A stretch of 64,000 nt of DNA from positions 91,760,001-91,824,000 of the forward strand of contig OZ024746.1 in assembly GCA_964016885.1 (NCBI GenBank). The letters are read 5' to 3'. The notes below the pieces were generated by a model. It searched no databases. It was not told the DNA's origin and was given only the letters and a program-made list of their open reading frames with translations. Position numbers and translations under genes: made by a program. This document shows, piece by piece, positions 55,651 to 64,000 of the stretch. Each line of letters starts with the position of its first letter. The first letter of the stretch is position 1. Origin of the DNA: Eledone cirrhosa. Taxonomy: Eukaryota.

Positions 55651-55730
55651 AGGCCGTATATATATTTCGATGACAGCAGAGTCACGCAATTCCGTGTTAA
55701 ATCCAATAACCTGATCTCATCAGACTGCTT
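55651..55730 (-). ncRNA. Degenerate hammerhead motif
   Basis: Minus strand: CTGATGA-gat...atc-GAAA-tatata-TA, then aataaa and a microsatellite. Stem I pairs poorly. Confidence 0.5.
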
Positions 55731-56337
55731 CTTCTTCTTACATAATAAGGTTACTTTTAATTGGCAATCCAAGTTCGAACTGACAAGGGAGTGGACGAAC
55801 ACAATGTTTCTGAAGCGACCGGCCGTTCCCCTGTGAATTTCAATCAGTCCCCACGGCTGTGCGCATGCGTAAAACAATACATCCCCAAAAGGGCACAGCA
55901 GCCCAGTCCTACGTAGGTTCCTTTCCTCCTCCTTAAACAGAGTACATGCTAGCCATCCCTATTGGTGTGGCAGGCTATAACGGACATGTGGTAGGGTTGA
56001 TTATGATTCTCAACTAGTTTAATACTACCCTTCCAGTTCATTTAGGACAATATAATTGTCAGCCGCCAGCAAAAGAATATTTTATTAGGAGGGTCAGTCA
56101 TGGGCAACCTGTGGCCCACTTAAGTGAAATCTTTCTAGTATCACATGGATTAGTAACGAAATATACTTATTCAGAGACAGAAGAGTTTACCAAGCCCTAC
56201 CAACTTATCACGAACTTAAATTCTAAGGTCTAGATATTATTTTTACATATTTGAAATTACAATTGGACTTAAGATTGGAAAATGGAAATTAGTAGTTAAT
56301 ATATTGATTGAAGTAAGTAAAAATAGGTGTGTGTGTG

Positions 56338-56410
<73 letters not shown>

Positions 56411-56713
56411 GGTAAAGTACGGAACGTGATAATTAAAACAAATATTTAGTTAATATTATGCTTCATTACATGAATGAAATGAATTAACAATGGAGATATA
56501 GTGAGAGAGGAAAGAATACTTAGTGAAAGAACAGCTAGGGAATAAGTATATGTAAAACCAAGGTAAATACACACACACATATATACATATATACACATAT
56601 ACATACACACACACACACTCACACAAACACATACAAATATATATATATATCCATGTGCTACCAGCAGTATTTTTCTCCCCATTTTATCATATATATATAT
56701 ATATATATATATA

Positions 56714-57258
56714 TTGAGTTTATGTTGGTTGTATACCAACACCTCAGTATGCAGGCTGGAGCACTCGACGAAGTGCGCAGGTTGGTTTGGTTACTCCGGA
56801 GTATTGTAAAATAAAGTTAAATAAAAGTCAAATGATTAACATTTAGCTTCGTTTATTACTGCTATATATATTTCAGTGACAGCCATCTTTGGCTGTGACC
56901 TCTTCAGGCAGTTTGAATTAGTATGGTATAGACAAGTACATATGTTGTTTAGGTGTATAATATTGTCAATACTCTGATATGCCCAGTTCCTTGTTTGGTT
57001 GTTAATTCACTGAGGAACTGGAGTCATATGACTCCAGTCATATGACTCCAGTTCCTCAGTGAATTAACAACCAAACAAGGAACTGGGCATATCAGAGTAT
57101 TGACAATATTATACACCTAAACAACATATGTACTTGTCTATACCATACTAATTCAAACTGCCTGAAGAGGTCACAGCCAAAGATGGCTGTCACTGAAATA
57201 TATATAGCAGTAATAAACGAAGCTAAATTTTAATCATTTGACTTTTATTTAACTTTAT
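56714..57258. mobile_element. Family C fold-back element in (TA)n with HHRs at 56858-56912 (-) and 57157-57211 (+)
   Basis: Highly similar to 18317-18951. Right arm shorter. Axis contains agtcatatgactcc twice. Confidence 0.92.
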
Positions 57259-57464
57259 ATATATATATATACATAAAATGAGATTAATATTTCCACAGGT
57301 ACTAAGTACCTACGGAAATATATAGGGTGTCTATAATACATTTGTTGTTCAATGGTATTCATTTGAGATACCAGAACTATAAAATTGAGATGAGCGGAAC
57401 AAGCAAACATTAAACAATTTTTTAAATAAATTAAAATACAATTTAAATATCACCTGTCCAAAAT

Positions 57465-57543
57465 GCTATTACCGACGGTTTCGCTTCACAAAAGATTGGA
57501 AATCCAAAGGACTTCCAATGGAAAGATCAGCTCTTCAGATAGC
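57465..57543 (-). ncRNA. Type I hammerhead motif (family L)
   Basis: Minus strand: gctat-CTGAAGA-gc...ttggaagtcc-ttt-ggatttccaa...gc-GAAA-ccgtcgg-TA-atagc. Confidence 0.8.
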
Positions 57544-57704
57544 TATTTCCATTCTGTAGGACGTAAAGTCTCACAGTTTGTAAATATACCGCTTACTGCC
57601 AGATAGTATGAGGTCAGGCCGTTAAAGTGACCCACACATAAACTGGCCGTTAGTAAAAGCGGGAATATTATAGACGGGTCTAAATCAGAAACCATTATTA
57701 TTAA

Positions 57705-57910
57705 TCGGTAGAGCATCAGCTAACATGCTTTGCGGCATATAGTTTTGTCCCTTTACGTTCTGAGTTCAAAACCACCCGAGGTTAGCGTTGCCTTTCATCC
57801 TGATGGGGTCGATAAAATAAGGTACCAGTAACGAACTGGGGTTGATTTAATAGATTTTCCCCTTCACCTAACTTGCTGGCCTTGTGCCTAAATCTGATAC
57901 TATTATTATT
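57705..57910 (+). mobile_element. tRNA-derived SINE
   Basis: gagttcaaa...gcctttcatcctgatggggtcgataaaataaggtacc...ggccttgtgcc. Confidence 0.8.
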
Positions 57911-58107
57911 GTTGATGATGATGATGGCGATGATGATGGTGATGATGATGATGATGATGATGATGATGTTACCGTTGAATTACATGGCCGTGAGAGGGCA
58001 GAGAGGGTATTACATAGCTGTGAGGGGGGCTGTGAGAGTATTACATGGCCGTGGTGACCCCCTTCGGAGGGGAGAACAGTGAAGCCTGGGCTTGTAGCCG
58101 AACACGC

Positions 58108-61100
58108 CAGGTCGTTGCTAGAGACAGTGCTGTGTCTTAACACAATGACCCCCGTGTCAGACCAGGTCGTTGCTAGAGACAGTGCTTTGTCTTAACCCAA
58201 TGACTCCCGTGTCAGACCAGGTCGTTGCTAGAGACAGTGCTGTGTCTTAACACAATGACCCCCGTGTCAGACCAGGTCGTTGCTAGAGACAGTGCTGTGT
58301 CTTAAAACAATGACCCCCGTGTCAGACCAGGTCGTTGCTAGAGAGAGTGCTGTGTCTTAACCCAATGACTCTCGTGTCAGACCAGGTCGTTGCTAGAGAC
58401 AGTGCTGTGTCTTAACCCAATGACTCACGTGTCAGACCAGGTCATTGCTAGAGACAGTGCTGTGTCTTAACACAATGACCCCCCTGTCAGACCAGGTCGT
58501 TGCTAGAGACAGTGCTGTGTCTTAACCCAATGACTCCCGTGTCAGACCAGGTCATTGCTAGAGACAGTGCTGTGTCTTAACACAATGACCCCCGTGTCAG
58601 ACCAGGTCGTTGCTAGAGACAGTGCTGTGTCTTAACCCAATGACTCCCGTGTCAGACCAGGTCGTTGCTAGAGACAGTGCTGTGTCTTAACCCAATGACT
58701 CCCGTGTCAGACCAGGTCGTTGCTAGAGACAGTGCTGTGTCTTAACCCAATGACTCCCGTGTCAGACCAGGTCGTTGCTAGAGACAGTGCTGTGTCTTAA
58801 CCCAATGACTCCCGTGTCAGACCAGGTCGTTGCTAGAGACAGTGCTGTGTCTTAACCCAATGACTCACGTGTCAGACCAGGTCATTGCTAGAGACAGTGC
58901 TGTGTCTTAACCCAATGACTCCCGTGTCAGACCAGGTCGTTGCTAGAGACAGTGCTGTGTCTTAACCCAATGACTCACGTGTCAGACCAGGTCATTGCTA
59001 GAGTCAGTGCTGTGTCTTAACCCAATGACTCCCGTGTCAGACCAGGTCGTTGCTAGAGACAGTGCTGTGTCTTAACCCAATGACTCCCGTGTCAGACCAG
59101 GTCGTTGCTAGAGACAGTGCTGTGTCTTAACCCAATGACTCCCGTGTCAGACCAGGTCGTTGCTAGAGACAGTGCTGTGTCTTAACCCAATGACTCCCGT
59201 GTCAGACCAGGTCGTTGCTAGAGACAGTGCTGTGTCTTAACCCAATGACTCACGTGTCAGACCAGGTCATTGCTAGAGACAGTGCCGTGTCTTAACCCAA
59301 TGACCCCCGTGTCAGACCAGGTCGTTGCTAGAGACAGTGCTGTGTCTTAACCCAATGACTCCCGTGTCAGACCAGGTCGTTGCTAGAGACAGTGCCGTGT
59401 CTTAACCCAATGACCCCCGTGTCAGACCAGGTCGTTGCTAGAGACAGTGCTGTGTCTTAACACAATGACTCACGTGTCAGACCAGGTCGTTGCTAGAGAC
59501 AGTGCTGTGTCTTAACACAATGACTCACGTGTCAGACCAGGTCGTTGCTAGAGACAGTGCTGTGTCTTAACACAATGACCCCCGTGTCAGACCAGGTCGT
59601 TGCTAGAGACAGTGCTGTGTCTTAACACAATGACTCACGTGTCAGACCAGGTCGTTGCTAGAGACAGTGCTGTGTCTTAACCCAATGACTCACGTGTCAG
59701 ACCAGGTCGTTGCTAGAGATAGTGCCGAGTCTTAACCCAATGACTCACGTGTCAGACCAGGTCGTTGCTAGAGACAGTGCTGTGTCTTAACCCAATGACT
59801 CACGTGTCAGACCAGGTCGTTGCTAGAGATAGTGCCGAGTCTTAACCCAATGACCCCCGTGTCAGACCAGGTCGTTGCTAGAGACAGTGCTGTGTCTTAA
59901 CACAATGACTCACGTGTCAGACCAGGTCGTTGCTAGAGACAGTGCTGTGTCTTAACACAATGACTCACGTGTCAGACCAGGTCGTTGCTAGAGACAGTGC
60001 TGTGTCTTAACACAATGACCCCCGTGTCAGACCAGGTCGTTGCTAGAGACAGTGCTGTGTCTTAACACAATGACTCACGTGTCAGACCAGGTCGTTGCTA
60101 GAGACAGTGCTGTGTCTTAACCCAATGACTCACGTGTCAGACCAGGTCGTTGCTAGAGATAGTGCCGAGTCTTAACCCAATGACTCACGTGTCAGACCAG
60201 GTCGTTGCTAGAGACAGTGCTGTGTCTTAACCCAATGACTCACGTGTCAGACCAGGTCGTTGCTAGAGACAGTGCCGTGTCTTAACCCAATGACTCACGT
60301 GTCAGACCAGGTCGTTGCTAGAGACAGTGCTGTGTCTTACCACAATGACTCACGTGTCAGACCAGGTCGTTGCTAGAGACAGTGCTGTGTCTTAACACAA
60401 TGACCCCCGTGTCAGACCAGGTCGTTGCTAGAGACAGTGCTGTGTCTTAACACAATGACTCACGTGTCAGACCAGGTCGTTGCTAGAGACAGTGCTGTGT
60501 CTTAACCCAATGACTCACGTGTCAGACCAGGTCGTTGCTAGAGACAGTGCTGTGTCTTAACACAATGACCCCCGTGTCAGACCAGGTCGTTGCTAGAGAC
60601 AGTGCTGTGTCTTAACACAATGACTCACGTGTCAGACCAGGTCGTTGCTAGAGACAGTGCTGTGTCTTAACACAATGACTCACGTGTCAGACCAGGTCGT
60701 TGCTAGAGACAGTGCTGTGTCTTAACACAATGACTCACGTGTCAGACCAGGTCGTTGCTAGAGACAGTGCTGTGTCTTAACCCAATGACTCACGTGTCAG
60801 ACCAGGTCGTTGCTAGAGACAGTGCTGTGTCTTAACACAATGACCCCCGTGTCAGACCAGGTCGTTGCTAGAGATAGTGCCGAGTCTTAACACAATGACT
60901 CACGTGTCAGACCAGGTCGTTGCTAGAGACAGTGCTGTGTCTTAACACAATGACTCACGTGTCAGACCAGGTCGTTACTAGAGACAGTGCTTTGTCTTAA
61001 CCCAATGACTCACGTGACAGACCAGGTCGTTGCTAGAGACAGTGCTGTGTCTTAACACAATGACTCACGTGTCAGACCAGGTCGTTGCTAGAGACAGTGC

Positions 61101-61458
61101 TGTGTCTTAACACAATGACTCACGTGTCAGACCAGGTCGTTGCTAGAGACAGTGCTGTGTCTTACCACAATGACTCACGTGTCAGACCAGGTCGTTGCTA
61201 GAGATAGTGCTGTGTCTTAACCCAATGACTCACGTGTCAGACCAGGTCGTTGCTAGAGATAGTGCCGAGTCTTAACACAATGACTCACGTGTCAGACCAG
61301 GTCGTTGCTAGAGATAGTGCCGAGTCTTAACCCAATGACTCACGTGTCAGACCAGGTCGTTGCTAGAGATAGTGCCGAGTCTTAACACAATGACTCACGT
61401 GTCAGACCAGGTCGTTGCTAGAGAGTGCTGTGTCTTAACACAATGACCCCCGTGTCAG
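58108..61458. repeat. 55-bp minisatellite, about 61 copies
   Basis: ccaggtcgttgctagagacagtgctgtgtcttaacccaatgactcacgtgtcaga. Confidence 0.95.
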
Positions 61459-61863
61459 TCTAATTAAGAAGGACATGGCTGCTATGTCTAGCAGATCATT
61501 GGCTTGTTCGAAACGTTGATGTTGTTGTTGTCTAAGGCGCTGTTATGATATCAGGTGGCCAACACAGGGTGTTGTCTTTACACTCAGTGACCCCGACATT
61601 AAAGATCTTTAAACTATTTTACTACCAACATGTCCTTTCATAGTCGTCAGCTCACATTCCTCGCCCCTCTCTATCACACACTCCCCCTATCTCACACACT
61701 CCCCCTCTCTCACACACTCCCCCTCTCTCACACACTCACCCTCTCTTACAACCTCCCCCCCTCTCTCACACACTCCACCTCTCTCACACACACACTCACA
61801 TACACTCGCTCACACACACACACACTCTCATCCCCTCTCACCCCCCCATTTATTCACATATTC

Positions 61864-61900
<37 letters not shown>

Positions 61901-62520
61901 CATTCTCCCCCTCTCTCAATCCTTCACACACTCCGCCACCCTCTCTCCCCCCTGCCTCACACACTCTCGCCCTATGTGATAATGTCTTCTAAGGCCATGA
62001 GAGTGGTCCAACCAGTTTCCCATTGGCGACCTTCCGTAGTCACTGTTGATCTCTGCTCAATGTTATATTGTATATTCCTTGCAAACACACACACACAGAT
62101 GCACACACACACACACATATACAAACGCACACACACATACGCGCACACACATACACACACACTCACACACACGCACATACATACACACACACACGCGCGC
62201 ACATACATACACACATACACACACTCACACATATACATGCACACATATACACTCACACGTACATACACACACACAAATATATATATAAACATACACACAC
62301 ACACACACAAATATATATATAAACATACACATATATATATATATAAACATACACACACACACATATATATATAAACACACACACACACACAAATATATAT
62401 ATAAACATACACACATATATATATATAAACATACACACACACACATATATATATAAACATACACACACACACACATATATATATAAACATACACACACAC
62501 ACACATATATATATAAACAT

Positions 62521-62557
<37 letters not shown>

Positions 62558-62757
62558 GGAACAAGTAAGACCCCGACGGTTGAGCTCAAGCCGTTTCGAC
62601 GGCTAATTCTGTACTAATTCAGTACAGAATTAGCCGTCGAAAGGGCTTGAGCTCAGCCGTCGGGGTCTTACTTGTTCCTATTACCTACTCTACTACCCTA
62701 AGTATTGAGTACTTTGGTGCGTTATGGTCCACCTGGCTCCTTACCACATTTCCTTCG

Positions 62758-62759
<2 letters not shown>
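62558..62759. mobile_element. Family D fold-back element in (TA)n
   Basis: Arms 62558-62614 and 62622-62678. Right arm: cagaattagccgtc-GAAA-gggct-tgagctc-agccg-TC-ggggtc. Confidence 0.9.
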
Positions 62760-62843
<84 letters not shown>

Positions 62844-62844
62844 G

Positions 62845-63150
62845 AAGAGTCGTTAGAAGGTCAGATAAAATACCTTGCGATATTCATTTCAACACTCTAC
62901 TGTCTCAGTTCAAATTCCGCCGAGGTCAACTTTGCCTTTCATCAGAAAAGTACCAGTCAAGTACTGGGGGATCTATTCTTCCACTTTATCTCTTGCTCAC
63001 TTCCTTTCTAACACTCACTGTATCCTTTCCTGGAAGAAATCTGCTGTCTTCAGACCTGGAGAAATAACTCCGCCAGGTTTTAAAATGTCCGTCAAACGTC
63101 TTACGTCAATATGGCGCCCATGCCTCTTCTTCAGGAGTTACGGAACCATG
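62845..63150 (+). mobile_element. SINE variant with the extension ctggaagaaatctgctgt..ttcagacctgga
   Basis: The same extension recurs near 15075, 32955, 39320, 46365 and 63735. Confidence 0.6.
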
Positions 63151-63195
63151 CATACATATGTGTGTGTTTCTATATTGGCAACATGACTCTTCCAA

Positions 63196-63321
<126 letters not shown>

Positions 63322-63508
63322 TCTGTGTGTGTGTGTGTGTTTGTATATTGGCAACATGACTCTCCCAATGTGTGTGTGTGTGTGTGTACGGCGAATTAGC
63401 AGAGTTGTTAGAAGGTGGGATATAGCCCTTTATGGTATTGGTTCCGTCTGTCTGCACTCCCTCAGTTCAAATGCCACCGTGGTCTGTTTTACCTTTCATA
63501 CTTTCGAG

Positions 63509-63672
63509 GTCGGACGTCATGCTTTCTAGCGTAGAGTTACGCCCCTTTACGGACTGAGTTCAAATCCCTCCAAGGTTAACTTTGCCTTTCATCCTTACAG
63601 GGTCGATAAAATAAAGTACCAGTAATGTACTGGGTAATTGCCGGCCTTGTGCCAAAAATAGAAACAATTATT
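63509..63672 (+). mobile_element. tRNA-derived SINE (5'-truncated)
   Basis: Same core and tail as 14751-14941. Confidence 0.8.
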
Positions 63673-63794
63673 AAAATACACCAATACATACTGGAATAGA
63701 TTCCAATAGATTCCTCTGTCTCTCTCCCTCTCTCTTCTGGAAGGAATCAGGTGTATTCAGACAAGGGATGAGTTCCGCTAGGTTTAACGTGCCA

Positions 63795-63872
<78 letters not shown>

Positions 63873-63875
<3 letters not shown>

Positions 63876-64000
63876 AGTGAAGGCTTAGTAAAATCGAAGC
63901 TTTGACCGTGGGCAAGCAAAGTCGACCTACAATATGAATGAGTTAGCAAAGCACTCAATAAGGGTAGGTCCTTAGAGTAATAACATACGTTTAAATAGCT
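63873..64000 (-). mobile_element. Family G 3' terminus at (TA)n (runs off the window)
   Basis: acaagtgaaggcttagtaaaatcgaagcttt matches 3359-3420. Confidence 0.75.

Noticed and set aside
55780-55990. Possible promoter (tgcgcatgcg NRF1-like motif, CCAAT)
   Set aside because: No adjacent gene, and the segment lies just upstream of a minus-strand HHR, so it is more likely element-derived.
58108-61458. CRISPR-like array
   Set aside because: Head-to-tail 55-bp units with no unique spacers and no cas genes, in a eukaryotic context.

Overview
Repeat-saturated, AT-rich eukaryotic intergenic or intronic DNA. The SINE families, RTE LINEs and extreme microsatellite load suggest a coleoid cephalopod such as Octopus (inference). 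No host protein-coding gene is supported: most listed ORFs are microsatellite or minisatellite translations, and the real coding remnants are degenerate retroelements (RTE-clade LINEs, an R4/Dong-like REL element, and a Penelope-like RT + GIY-YIG element). The window also holds tRNA-derived SINEs, hAT, piggyBac and Tc1/mariner-type MITEs, a Helitron-like element, and several minisatellites, some expanded from inside transposons. The most striking signal, read by eye, is about 20 type I hammerhead ribozyme (HHR) motifs (stem I - CUGANGA - stem II - GAAA - short stem III - UH - stem I) from at least 8 families with no obvious shared sequence outside the core. Most lie in short non-coding fold-back (palindromic) elements inserted in (TA)n tracts. 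In some copies the fold-back axis falls on the ribozyme's own stem II or stem III, and AATAAA often follows the cleavage site. I interpret these as a diverse set of ribozyme-bearing, Penelope-dependent hairpin retro-insertions that target (TA)n. Coordinates were counted by hand and may be off by a few bases; no folding or database search was run.
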